Notes under the pieces: model-generated | What the model was told of the DNA's origin: nothing | Database searches by the model: none | The model's input: the letters and a program-made list of their open reading frames with translations, nothing else | Position numbers and translations under genes: made by a program | From: an uncultured bacterium | GTDB lineage: Bacteria; Verrucomicrobiota; Verrucomicrobiia; Verrucomicrobiales; DEV007 | Reading direction: 5' to 3' | DNA length: 64,000 nucleotides | NCBI GenBank assembly: GCA_963977015.1 | Contig: CAXBMO010000005.1 | Location: 32,001-96,000, forward strand | Shown here: positions 37,401-46,510 of the stretch, piece by piece | Layout: each line of letters opens with the position of its first letter | Position numbering within the stretch: position 1 is the stretch's first letter

Positions 37401-38661
37401 CCGGTGTGTCGGCCGGGTGACACATGTTCCGGAAAAACAGATTCTTGTCGGCAAAATGCGCAAAGAGCCGGGTTTCAAAGTGCCCCTCATGAAGCATGCG
37501 CTCGCCCAGGCTGTTTCCAATGAAGACAATTCGTTCACCCTGTTGGGGCTTGAGGGGCAGGTTCACCGGCCCCACGGATTTCGGCGCCTTCTTTGGCTGT
37601 TCGTACTTGGGCCGTTCGGCCATTCCCTCTTGAATCGGCTTCTTCGTTCCCTTCGGCTCCTTCATGGTCGTTGCGAGACCGGTTGCGGTGCTCTTGCCCA
37701 ACGCGAAGCTTTGCGCGGTAAGCTTGAGCCCGTCGTAATACTCCTTGGGGTTGCGGGAATAGAACGTCGGTTGATAACGATCGACGGGCTTAACATTGGC
37801 TGCGGGCGGGACCTCCAGCCCCGTCAGATGGAAGACGCCATTTACGACGATTCGACGAAGGCTTTTCGCTTTGAAGTCGACCGATGACCCAATCGTGCTC
37901 ATGAGGGCCATACCCGTCTTGCCGCTTGGCGCGGTGTATTCCTTCAACCAAACAGCCGCCTGGAGAGGATCGTTCTTTGCCTGAACGTAATTGGAATTGG
38001 GGTCGAGCGACTCGATCACCGCACCTCGCACCAAAATCGTGGCATTCGCCTCATCCAGATTTCCCGTTCCATAAACATCACTCGGCGCAAAGAACATATC
38101 ATCGACTCCGCGCAAAACGGGATGCCGCGAATGCTTCTGAACAATGATACCGCGGGTTCCCTCCACCTTGTGTTTTCCGTGATGGCCCGCCCACTTCTCC
38201 CCGAGGAACGTCAGCCCAAAATTGTTCCAATCGATCCCGCCCAGATCGGACTTGGTCTTGAACGCATGCGTTGCGGTTCGCAGTCCGATCACGGGTTTCC
38301 CAGCATTGATGAAATCCAGAATATGTTGCAACTGCGGTTCGGGCAGATCGCGAAACCGGGTCGCCAGAATCATCACATCGGCGGTTTTGAGAGCCGCCAA
38401 GCCAGGAATGTTGGTGTTGAGCTCCGGATTGATGTATCCGGTCTTCGGGTCGATGGCAAAACAGACCGTTGCCTTGAATCCATGATACTGGGAAAGAATC
38501 TTGGCCAACATCGGTCCCGTTTCCTCTGACCGGTATTCCTCATCGCCGGTGACGATGACAACGTGTTTGCCCTTGCCGGGCCCTTCTTCGCCCTCGAGGA
38601 CGAGCGTTTGAGCCGAAGCCAGAAACGGCAAGGCGAGAATCGAAAGAAGCAGTTGACGCAT
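34414..38661 (-). CDS. Multi-domain PVC-type heme protein: ThuA-like + SGNH + dehydrogenase-like propeller + HEAT + cytochrome c
   Basis: GDEEYRSE and GLRTATHAF (ThuA-like), IGNSLGER and NGCH (SGNH), NPVQMSFD.KGRLW and APDGSLYIVDWHN (propeller), CETCH...YPPL...PMTPF (cytochrome c). Confidence 0.9.
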   Translation of the reverse strand: MRQLLLSILALPFLASAQTLVLEGEEGPGKGKHVVIVTGDEEYRSEETGPMLAKILSQYHGFKATVCFAIDPKTGYINPELNTNIPGLAALKTADVMILATRFRDLPEPQLQHILDFINAGKPVIGLRTATHAFKTKSDLGGIDWNNFGLTFLGEKWAGHHGKHKVEGTRGIIVQKHSRHPVLRGVDDMFFAPSDVYGTGNLDEANATILVRGAVIESLDPNSNYVQAKNDPLQAAVWLKEYTAPSGKTGMALMSTIGSSVDFKAKSLRRIVVNGVFHLTGLEVPPAANVKPVDRYQPTFYSRNPKEYYDGLKLTAQSFALGKSTATGLATTMKEPKGTKKPIQEGMAERPKYEQPKKAPKSVGPVNLPLKPQQGERIVFIGNSLGERMLHEGHFETRLFAHFADKNLFFRNMCHPADTPGFRAHPARDTPWAFPGAEKFHPDKQTHIPGLKPGNGHYPYPDEWLADLKADTIVAFFGYNESFDGMDGLANFKAELSAFVDHTLSLSYNGGKSAPKLVLVTPIAFEDRRDAYDLPSGQAENKRLEAYSQAVLEVAKARNVGGIDLFSVTKDWFSVDGSQLTLNGCHLNSDGYELLAPVLMEKLFGPIRLKTKPEQLAKLREAILDRNWLWHNDYRMLNGVHVWGRRWAPYGNVNYPEEIEKIRQMGFLRDEKIWAIAQGKDKAVDDSKTRKLSKVITNYTRKIEYLDPPAAMSRFQLPEGYKLELFASEKEFPLLQNPVQMSFDAKGRLWVSTVPSYPHYLPGGERPNDKILIFEDTDGDNRADKRTIFAEGLHVPIGFELAPEGVYVSEEPYLMLLEDTDGDDVADKRTRIVDGFDSHDTHHAISAYCADASGAFYLCEGRFLHSQVETPYGPQRMTDGGVWRFDPRSWKLIRHSQSDYSNPWAVSFDEFGQDFLGDASGGANWWMTALSAKTPHGMEIGKTEQFTTHKVRPTSGGEFVSSRHFPDAVQGDYLLNNTIGFLGTKQHTVLEDGSGFQGRHRQDLVRSDDGNYRPADLEFAPDGSLYIVDWHNALIGHMQHSARDPNRNSQYGRIYRLTYPSRPLVEPAKIDGEPVANLLENLKAHEYRTRYRTRRELREHAPAEVLPAVRKWVAGLSPSDPDYGRHLLEGLWATWAQGKVDHHILRQALNDSRHQVRAAAVDVLRFTHGQVPNSTELFLDAATDEHPRVRLEAIVAASWLDNQDGAKILMEAVRLPFDKWMGPSIEAAYWTLKDDAEGLDIGDNKNAELLTQGKLELKTKEAPKPKAPSHLTNAEKKLWKIGEEVYGRDAHCETCHGADGVGAVPNIYPPLTKSPWVSGSEERLIKLVLHGLWGPIEVNGKTYDPSQGVPPMTPFAGFLNDEEIAGVLTYVRNAFGNNASVVKPETVKKVRKATSDRQPGQFYKPADLLKEHPMK

Positions 38662-38805
38662 GAATCTAGGGATGAGGTTTGGGTTGCCGCAAAAGGCTGA
38701 AAAACCTCAATCTTGCGATTATTGGTAAAGATTCAACCGCTCACCTCAGTTTTGCCGATTCAAAGGGGGAAACTGCTCCGAATTTCCCAGCAGGCCCGTT
38801 TCGGC

Positions 38806-39237
38806 TTACCGGCTCGCCACCAACATCATGGAGCATTCATCTTCTCCGTTGACGCGATCGTCGCCATCCCGATCCAAAACTTGAAAAACCCGGGCGAAGG
38901 TGTGGCTCCACGATGCAGATGCGACAAACTCCGCCAGAGAAACACGCTGATCCTCATCGCAGTCGCGGCTTGCGAATTCTCCCAGGCTATCGCGAGCTTC
39001 CGGCACCGAAGTCCATTCAGCTTCCGTCAGGACTCCGTCTGCGTCTTCATCCAACAGCTGAAACTTCGTTTGCAGAAAAACCATCTCCATTTCCGTTCGG
39101 GTTACTGACCAGTCTCCGTCCAGATCAAAGGCTTTGATGAATTGGCTGATCGGAAACGATTCATCCTCTGCAAAAGCGTTGGCGGAGAACATTGCCAGAG
39201 TCGTTGCCAGGATGGTGAGGGAAGCGGTGATTTTCAT
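38806..39237 (-). CDS. Secreted EF-hand protein
   Basis: Signal peptide plus four DxDxD loops: DLDGDWSVTRTE, DEDADGVLTEAE, DCDEDQRVSLAE, DRDGDDRVNGED. Confidence 0.8.
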   Translation of the reverse strand: MKITASLTILATTLAMFSANAFAEDESFPISQFIKAFDLDGDWSVTRTEMEMVFLQTKFQLLDEDADGVLTEAEWTSVPEARDSLGEFASRDCDEDQRVSLAEFVASASWSHTFARVFQVLDRDGDDRVNGEDECSMMLVASR

Positions 39238-39355
39238 GATGGAGTTGCCCGTTGGAGGTTTTCAATTTGGTTCTTGGTCAGGAGACAACAAACACCCACC
39301 CCGATTGCAAGGTTTCCGGGTCCAAATCGCCGGAAAAATTGTACCGACGCAAGGA

Positions 39356-39721
39356 TCAAGATTCCCCTCTGGCAATTCGCGCCTTCGCGCCACCTTCGTC
39401 GATATTCACCAGCGAAATCCGGGTATCAAAAAGCACCACATCAGCCTCCCCGGGTCGGCGCGTGCCAAAGACGCTGACCTTATAGTGAATCGACGTGTTT
39501 CCGAGCTTTTCCCGCACCACACGGAATCTCAGAATCTCGCCATTCTCAACGCCGTGCCGAAATTCCACGTTGTCGAGCGCGATCGTCACAAAGCAATTGC
39601 CGGGAAACTCCAAGTTCGCCGTGATGTAGGCGAACTCGTCGATCCACTTCAACAGATGCCCACCGAAGAGCTTGCCGTAATGATTGAGGTGCTCGGGAAG
39701 GACAAGTTTGAAATGATCCAT
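39356..39721 (-). CDS. Acyl-CoA thioesterase (hotdog, YciA-like)
   Basis: VLPEHLNHYGKLFGGHLLKWIDE, VTIALDNVEF, GNTSI. Start placed at MDHF. Confidence 0.88.
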   Translation of the reverse strand: MDHFKLVLPEHLNHYGKLFGGHLLKWIDEFAYITANLEFPGNCFVTIALDNVEFRHGVENGEILRFRVVREKLGNTSIHYKVSVFGTRRPGEADVVLFDTRISLVNIDEGGAKARIARGES

Positions 39722-39764
39722 GGCTGCAGGTTGCATCGCCACCCGCAATTGTCCAGACTGACGA
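39722..39764. promoter_or_regulatory. Overlapping divergent promoters
   Basis: Plus strand: TTGCAT-17-CAGACT-5 nt-ATG. Minus strand: TGGACA-16-CAACCT-6 nt-ATG. Confidence 0.55.
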
Positions 39765-40862
39765 ATGACCGTTGGAGTCCCCAAAGAAATCAAAGAACAG
39801 GAAAATCGAGTGGCAATGGTTCCTTCCGGCGTAATGCAACTCACCCGCCGAGGTCATCGAGTTGTCGTCGAAACCAATGCAGGAACCGGAGCCGACTATT
39901 CCGATGAGGAGTATCGCAACGCAGGTGCCGAGATTCTCGACACGCATGAAGCAGTCTTTGCTGAAGCAGAGATGATTGTGAAAGTGAAAGAGCCACTCGA
40001 AAGCGAGTTGGGACTCCTCACCAAAGACCACATTCTCTTCACCTACCTGCACCTCGCAGCGAGCAAGAAGCTCACGGAAATGGTCTTGAAAAGCGGCTGC
40101 ACCGCGATCGCCTACGAAACGGTCAGTCTGGGCGGACGTCTCCCGCTGTTGGAACCCATGAGCGAGGTGGCTGGGCGGATGTCGGTTCTCGTCGGCGCTT
40201 ACTACCTCGCAAAGCATGCCGGAGGCCGCGGCACGCTCCTTGGCGGTGTGCCCGGCGTTTTACCAGGCCGCGTTCTCGTCCTGGGAGGCGGAACCTGCGG
40301 TGTGAACGCAGCAAAGGTCGCAACAGGTATTGGCGCACAAACGACCATTCTCGAAATCGATCACGGTCGAATGCGCTTTCTCGATGACACCCTGACCGCA
40401 CAAACCATGTATTCGAGCGAGGCTGCCCTGATGGAACTCCTGCCACGCACCGATCTTCTGATTGGCGCGGTTCTCGTTCCCGGCGCCAAGGCCCCCAAGC
40501 TGGTATCGCGCGAAATGCTCAAACTGATGCGGAAAGGCACGGTTCTCGTCGATATCGCGGTCGACCAGGGAGGCTGCATTGAAACGGCTCGCCCCACCAC
40601 CCACGAAAAACCGGTTTTCGTCGAAGAAGGCGTCATCCACTACTGCGTGGCCAACATGCCAGGCGCCTTCGCCCGGACATCGACGCAGGCCCTCACCAGC
40701 GTCACCTTTCCCTATGTGCAACTCCTCGCGTCACAGGGTCTGAAGGACGCATGTGAACAGCGCCCCGAACTGGTCGAAGGGATCAATTGCCAGGGAGGCA
40801 GACTGACCTGCGCCGGGGTTGCCCAGGCTCACGACATGGAGTGGGGCGAACCCAAGTTCTAG
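39765..40862 (+). CDS. ald: Alanine dehydrogenase
   Basis: GVPKEIK..ENRV, VKVKEP, FTYLHLA, PLLEPMSEVAGR, DIAVDQGGC, HYCVANMPGA. Confidence 0.96.
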   Translation: MTVGVPKEIKEQENRVAMVPSGVMQLTRRGHRVVVETNAGTGADYSDEEYRNAGAEILDTHEAVFAEAEMIVKVKEPLESELGLLTKDHILFTYLHLAASKKLTEMVLKSGCTAIAYETVSLGGRLPLLEPMSEVAGRMSVLVGAYYLAKHAGGRGTLLGGVPGVLPGRVLVLGGGTCGVNAAKVATGIGAQTTILEIDHGRMRFLDDTLTAQTMYSSEAALMELLPRTDLLIGAVLVPGAKAPKLVSREMLKLMRKGTVLVDIAVDQGGCIETARPTTHEKPVFVEEGVIHYCVANMPGAFARTSTQALTSVTFPYVQLLASQGLKDACEQRPELVEGINCQGGRLTCAGVAQAHDMEWGEPKF

Positions 40863-40863
40863 C

Positions 40864-41298
40864 TTACTCCAAAAAGCTCTTCAGCATCCAAACCGTTTTC
40901 TCGTGAACCTGAATCCGAGCGATCAACAAATCCTCGGTCTCAGAGTCGTTGTCTTCAGCTGCGCAATCACGAGCGGCCTTCAAATCCGTCAGCAGTTTCT
41001 CGTTTGCTTTCACGAGGTGATTGACCATTTCCTGAGCGGAAGAATCCTCAGCAATCTCGTCGATTTCGGCGAGTTTGGCCAGATTCGACAACCCTCCCGG
41101 GGCCAACGCTCCCTTGGCTCGGATGCGTTCCGCAATCTCATCAACCGCCGCAAACAACTCATTGTATTGCTCCTCAAACGCAGTGTGCAGTGAGAAGAAC
41201 GACGGTCCACGGACATTCCAATGACAGAGGTGCGTCTGGCCGATCAGCGCGTAGGTATCGGCAACGACAAGGCGAAGGGCGTTTATTGTGTCTTTCAT
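40864..41298 (-). CDS. dps: DNA starvation/stationary-phase protection protein
   Basis: HWNVRG..F..LH..FEEQY, DEIAERIR, HEK..WML. Confidence 0.95.
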   Translation of the reverse strand: MKDTINALRLVVADTYALIGQTHLCHWNVRGPSFFSLHTAFEEQYNELFAAVDEIAERIRAKGALAPGGLSNLAKLAEIDEIAEDSSAQEMVNHLVKANEKLLTDLKAARDCAAEDNDSETEDLLIARIQVHEKTVWMLKSFLE

Positions 41299-41434
41299 TC
41301 GATTGTTTTGGTGAGCAGTTATCTTGATTTTGACGACACCGAAGCCGTCACTTTACAGTGAGGGGAAACGGATGGTGAACAAGTTTGGATTCCGTCCCTT
41401 CCCATTCCGTTCAGCAAAAAAATCGCAGATTGAG

Positions 41435-42265
41435 TCAACGCCGAATCCGCCCTTCTCCTGCGTAGACGTTGAACCCTCGCTCGCGCAAAAAACCAATCAC
41501 GGTCTGACCGGAAGTTTCCGCGAATTCGACGGCGAGGCTGCTGGGAGCCGAGATGCCGGCGATGATGGGAATGCCTGCGGCAAGTGCCTTTTGCATGATC
41601 TCAAACGAGAGCCTGCCGCTCATCAAAACAATGGAGGATTTCAGGGGGAGTTGATTGGCGAGCAGAGCCTGACCAATCACTTTGTCGAGGGCATTGTGCC
41701 GGCCGACGTCCTCGCGGAGGATTTGGAGTTCACCTTCCACGTTAAAAATCGCGCTGGCATGGAGTCCGCCGGTCTGCTCAAAATTTTCCTGGGCTTGTCG
41801 CAGGATTGAGGGTAGCCGCAACAGCGTTTCCGGAGCAACGAGGAGGTCGCTGGTAACGGGGGCAAAATTGCAGAACACGGACTCGATCGTGGCTTTCCCA
41901 CAAATCCCACAACTCGAGGAACTGAAAACGTGACGCGTCAGGCTTTCCAATTTCGCAGCGTCAGGATTTCGCAGCAGCACATCGATCACGTTCCCCTCCC
42001 CCGCCTCGTCCACGGCGGGACAGGCGGAAATTTCGAAAAGGTCGTCGTTGGTGTGAATCATCCCTTCCGTCGCCAGAAATCCGGCGACGAGTTCGTTGTC
42101 ATGGCCTGGCGTACGCATGACGACGGCAACGCTTCTCCCTTCGACCCGAATTTCCAGGGGCTCTTCGACCGCCAACACATCAGGCTCGACCGCGTCAGTG
42201 ATTGCATCACTTTGCCGGCGTTGAAAGCGGCGTTTCTCGACTGAGAGGATTCCAGATGATTCCAT
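41435..42265 (-). CDS. fdhD: Formate dehydrogenase accessory sulfurtransferase
   Basis: EEPLEI, MRTPG, SSCGICG, TGGLH, REDVGRHNALDK, SGR.SFE..QKA, SAPSSLA. Confidence 0.95.
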   Translation of the reverse strand: MESSGILSVEKRRFQRRQSDAITDAVEPDVLAVEEPLEIRVEGRSVAVVMRTPGHDNELVAGFLATEGMIHTNDDLFEISACPAVDEAGEGNVIDVLLRNPDAAKLESLTRHVFSSSSCGICGKATIESVFCNFAPVTSDLLVAPETLLRLPSILRQAQENFEQTGGLHASAIFNVEGELQILREDVGRHNALDKVIGQALLANQLPLKSSIVLMSGRLSFEIMQKALAAGIPIIAGISAPSSLAVEFAETSGQTVIGFLRERGFNVYAGEGRIRR

Positions 42266-42279
42266 AGCGCAACGTAGCC

Positions 42280-44471
42280 TTACTTTTCGACAAAGTCGGA
42301 GATTCCGTTCCAGGTTGGTGGTGGAGGATTCTGCGCAGCATCCTCACACAGTCGCGACAGGCGGAGCGCCGAGGAATCGCCCACGTCTTTGAGCAACAAC
42401 GCGCTCAACCGATCCCTCGCGCCGGTGAAGTCGCGAGCGAGGTAGGCATCGAACGCGGCTTCGTAAAGCCGCGCGTGCTCCACGCGAACTTCCGGAACCT
42501 GGCCGCGTTTCCCGAGTAGTTCGTAGATCAACTCGGGCTCGGAACGTCCCAAAACGCGCACCTTATCGAGCTTTCGCCAAACAAACTGGTCGCCCGCTTC
42601 GGCAACGGAGTTGGCGGCGGCAATGATTCGGGTGCCGTAAAACTTGTTCGCGCCTTCGAGGCGACTTGCGAGATTCACGGCATCACCAAGCGCCGTGTAG
42701 CTGAGTCGATTGACGGCACCAACGTTTCCAACCATGACTTCCCCGGTGGATACCCCGAAGCGGGTGGGCAAACGGGGAAGTCCCTGGGATTCCCATTTCT
42801 CATTCAACCTTTGGAGTTCTTCGTGACAGCGAAGCGCCCCCTGGATCGCGTCTCGCGCATGGTGCTCGTTCATCTTGGGCGCCCCCCAAAACGCAACGAT
42901 GGCATCCCCAATGAGCTTGTCCACGGTACCGTTGTGCTCGGTGATGATTTGGATCATCGCGTCAAAGTAATCGGCCATGTGGGCCGTAAGTTGGTCGGGC
43001 GGCATCTTTTCCGAATCGTGGTGAACCCTTCGATGTCGGTGAACAGGATGCTCATGGAAGTGTGACGCCCGCCAATCACGGCGGCTTCCCCTTTTTCCAG
43101 CAATTCTCGAACGACGTCACTCGGAACGTATTTGGCAAAGGAATCAAGCGCGAGGCGCATGCGCTCCTGCGCGTCGTGCAACTGGGCAATCTCACGGATG
43201 TCCGTGCAGTGGTTGTCAGACTGCTCCGTATTCAACGTTCGCAATCGATCAGCCTGTTGGATCAGGGCCTGGATCGGGTAGCTATAGCGCCGCGCCAACC
43301 GGACCGAGGTAAATCCCGCAGTCACCAGCGCGATCGCAAAGAAACCCAAAGCGTATCTGCGCCCCTCTTTCAATTCGCCCAAAAAGTCGTCTTCGGGAAC
43401 CGCAACGCCGATCCAAAACTGAGGACCTTCCTCCACCACGCAGGGGCGGACGTAACTCCACCAGCCCTTGCCTTCAAAGATCCAACGGAAAGGCTGATTC
43501 TTCTCTCCCATACCTCTCTCGACACTCAATGCCTTCTCGGAATCCATCCCCAACTGCGTCTGAAGTTGCGCGGTCGTTTTCGCAAACAAGGGAATTCCCA
43601 GGTCTGCCGGCTTTCTGAGAAACGCCGCCCTTCGCCGTTCGGGATCCTCAAATTCGGGATGACGCGGCAAGCCGATCGTCCGCATGTCACTGGTCGTCAC
43701 CACGAGGAAACCATTGGGGCTGATCTCAAGCGTTTCGCTAAGCCGTGAAACGTCATCGAGCAGCAGATCGAGAGAAATGACCACCGTTCGCCCGGCATTG
43801 TCCTTTAGCCGGATCGAAGCGGTGATTCCGGGAGCTCCGGTCGAGAAAAAAGGGTAAGGCTCCGTCCAATGAGCAACCGGGTTGGCCGGATCCTCGTCCG
43901 GGTCGTCCACGACGATGCGATACCAAGGGCGGATTCGAGGATCATAGGCATCCTCACGAATTTCCTGTTCACGTGGCCCATCCACGGTTCCCCAGGTGGT
44001 CCAGAGCGAGGTTTTCCCAACCGTTTGCGGCGTCACAATCTGATTGTGAAAAACCTGATCCCGATAGGAATCCAGACCGCGCGCCAGCATGTACCCCGAA
44101 CCATCGGAATACCCGATCGACAGCCCCACCAGCTGGGGGATGGAATTGAGAATCGGCGCGAACAACTCATTCAGTCGATCCGGATCCTTATCATCAAGGA
44201 CGCCGCTTTCCGACCAATCGCGAAAAATATGGAGCACCGGCGGGATCGGAGCAAAGAAACGACGCAGTTCGGTTTCGACGCGATCCGTTCCGCTATCGAC
44301 AAGGTCTCGACACAATGTTCGGACCGCTTTGCGCGCCCCGAGGCTCGAAACGGTCAAAATCGCAAACGCCAGCGCCAGAATCAGCACAATCAGGTTGCGC
44401 AAGAGGCTCGTGCGAAACGTTACCGATCGGTGGCGACCTCTTTCGGGCGCCGAATGAAAGTCTGCGGTCAT
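42280..44471 (-). pseudogene. Membrane-bound class III adenylate/guanylate cyclase (Cache + HAMP + cyclase) split by a 1-nt frameshift near 43014
   Basis: The upstream frame carries LFTDIEGFTTI before going out of frame. The downstream frame resumes SEKMPPDQL...DKLIGDA...GDAVNLASRLEG. Restoring one base joins them. Confidence 0.8.
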
Positions 44472-44632
44472 GCAGGCTGCAGAGTAGAAGGAGGAGGAGC
44501 AAGCTTCAAGGAAGCATCACTCGTTTGACGGTTTTCCGCTGAAAACCCCAACGCGGCGTTCGATTTGGACTTCACCGGATCGAAACCAGATGGTGATTGA
44601 CGAACGCGCGGAATCGTCGATTGCTCTTCGCT

Positions 44633-45562
44633 ATGAAAACGGTGAAAACTGGCGTTGTCGGCGTTGGCGCAATTGGCCACAACCATGCTCGCGTCTACGC
44701 AGAGCTCGAAAATGCGGATCTGGTGGCAATTTTCGATGCCGATGAAGGACGAGCCAAGGAATTTGCCGAAAAATACGGTGCGAAGGCGACAACCTCCCTC
44801 GAGGAATTTGCCAGCATGGTCGAGGCTGCATCGATCTCGACTCCGACGGTAACCCACCGCGCGATCGGTGAGCAATTGCTCGGGAACGGCGTCCATTGCC
44901 TTGTCGAGAAACCCATCGCGGACAATCCCGACGACGCCGCGGCCTTGGTCGAAGTGGCTCACAAGAACGATTGCCTGCTCCAGGTTGGGCACATTGAGCG
45001 ATTCAATCCGGTTCTCGAGAAGCTCGAGGAACGATTGACCGAACCCAAGTTCATGGAAGTGCATCGCCTGAGCCCCTTTCCCAATCGGAGCATGGATGTC
45101 GGCGTCGTGCTCGATGTCATGATCCACGATCTCGAAATCGTGCTTCATCTCGTTAAATCACCCATCGCTCACATTGACGCGGTTGGCGTTCCGGTTTTGA
45201 CCCACCGGGAAGACATCGCAAACGCGCGAATTCGCTTTGAAAACGGCTGCGTCGCCAACATCACCGCAAGCCGGATCAGCCCGGAAAAAATGCGCAAGAT
45301 CCGGGTCTTTCAGCACGATACCTACCTCTCGCTCGATTATCAGGAGCAGGACGGAAAGATGTTTCGCAAGATCGATGGTCAGATCGTTCCCGAACCGGTT
45401 CAAGTGGAGAAGGATGAGCCGCTGAAGTTGGAATTGGCCTCGTTCATCGATTGCGTGGCGAATGGCGAGCGGCCGAAAGTGAGCGGAGCCGAAGCCGCTG
45501 CGGCCCTTGAGGTGGCGATCGAAATCACGCGCCTGATTGCCGAAGGAAATCCCCTCGATTAG
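44633..45562 (+). CDS. Gfo/Idh/MocA oxidoreductase (GnnA-like)
   Basis: GVVGVGAIG, TPT..H, EKP, VGHIERFNP, DVMIHD, TASRIS. Confidence 0.9.
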   Translation: MKTVKTGVVGVGAIGHNHARVYAELENADLVAIFDADEGRAKEFAEKYGAKATTSLEEFASMVEAASISTPTVTHRAIGEQLLGNGVHCLVEKPIADNPDDAAALVEVAHKNDCLLQVGHIERFNPVLEKLEERLTEPKFMEVHRLSPFPNRSMDVGVVLDVMIHDLEIVLHLVKSPIAHIDAVGVPVLTHREDIANARIRFENGCVANITASRISPEKMRKIRVFQHDTYLSLDYQEQDGKMFRKIDGQIVPEPVQVEKDEPLKLELASFIDCVANGERPKVSGAEAAAALEVAIEITRLIAEGNPLD

Positions 45563-45604
45563 CAGCGCTGGACAAGCTCTGGCATCCAGTTTAAAAATCA
45601 CCCC

Positions 45605-46510
45605 ATGAAAATCCCCTCATTTCTCACCGCAATCTGCCTCGCGGTTGCTGCGACTCTCTTTGTCTGGAAGCTCGATGCGCAAGACGAAGCGAAGAAGCTT
45701 TCCGTCCTGATCATCGACGGTCAGAACAATCACAAGTGGAAGGAAACGACACCAGTCCTGGTCGATGCTCTGGAAAGCTGCGGAAAGTTTTCCGTCGAGG
45801 TTTCCACCAGTCCGGGGAAGAATGCGGAAAGCAGCGCGTGGGATAGCTGGCGTCCGGAATTTGGCAAATACGACGCGGTCTTGACGAACTACAATGGTCA
45901 AATGTGGCCGACGGAAGTTCGCGGTTCCTTCATCGAATACGTGAAGGGCGGGGGCGCTCTCGTCGTGGTTCACGCGGCCAACAATTCATTTGGGATGTGG
46001 CCGGAATACAACGAGATGATCGGTCTGGGAGGCTGGGGCGGCCGAAACGAAAAGCACGGCCCTTATGTTTACGTGAAGGATGGCGAGGTCGTTCGCGATG
46101 AAACGCCAGGAAGAGGAGGAAACCACGGTCCTCAGCATGAATTTGTGATCGAAGTGGTGGATCCGGAACATCCGATTACCAAGGGAATGCCCGATCGTTG
46201 GCTTCACGCCAAGGACGAGCTTTACGACATGCTTCGCGGCCCCGCCAAGAACATGACGGTTTTGGCAACGGCAATGAGCCAGGTCACCAAGCGCCAGGAA
46301 CCCATGATGTTTACAATAGGATACGGCGAAGGCCGGGTTTTCCACACCCCCATGGGTCACGCGGATTACTCCATGCAGTGTGTCGGATTCTACAACACGA
46401 TTCAGCGCGGAACGGAGTGGGCCATTACCGGGGACGTGACCCTTCCACTCTCCGAAAATTTCCCCACAACGGAAGCTGTGTCCTCCGTTGGCGCGAAGGG
46501 CGCGGAGTAA
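45605..46510 (+). CDS. Secreted ThuA-like domain protein
   Basis: IIDGQNNH.W, HAANN, HPITKG, DELY, GRVFHT.MGH, RGTEWA. Confidence 0.88.
   Translation: MKIPSFLTAICLAVAATLFVWKLDAQDEAKKLSVLIIDGQNNHKWKETTPVLVDALESCGKFSVEVSTSPGKNAESSAWDSWRPEFGKYDAVLTNYNGQMWPTEVRGSFIEYVKGGGALVVVHAANNSFGMWPEYNEMIGLGGWGGRNEKHGPYVYVKDGEVVRDETPGRGGNHGPQHEFVIEVVDPEHPITKGMPDRWLHAKDELYDMLRGPAKNMTVLATAMSQVTKRQEPMMFTIGYGEGRVFHTPMGHADYSMQCVGFYNTIQRGTEWAITGDVTLPLSENFPTTEAVSSVGAKGAE

Noticed and set aside
43000-43020. Programmed -1 ribosomal frameshift in the adenylate cyclase
   Set aside because: No in-phase X_XXY_YYZ heptamer is present. A simple single-base deletion explains the break.
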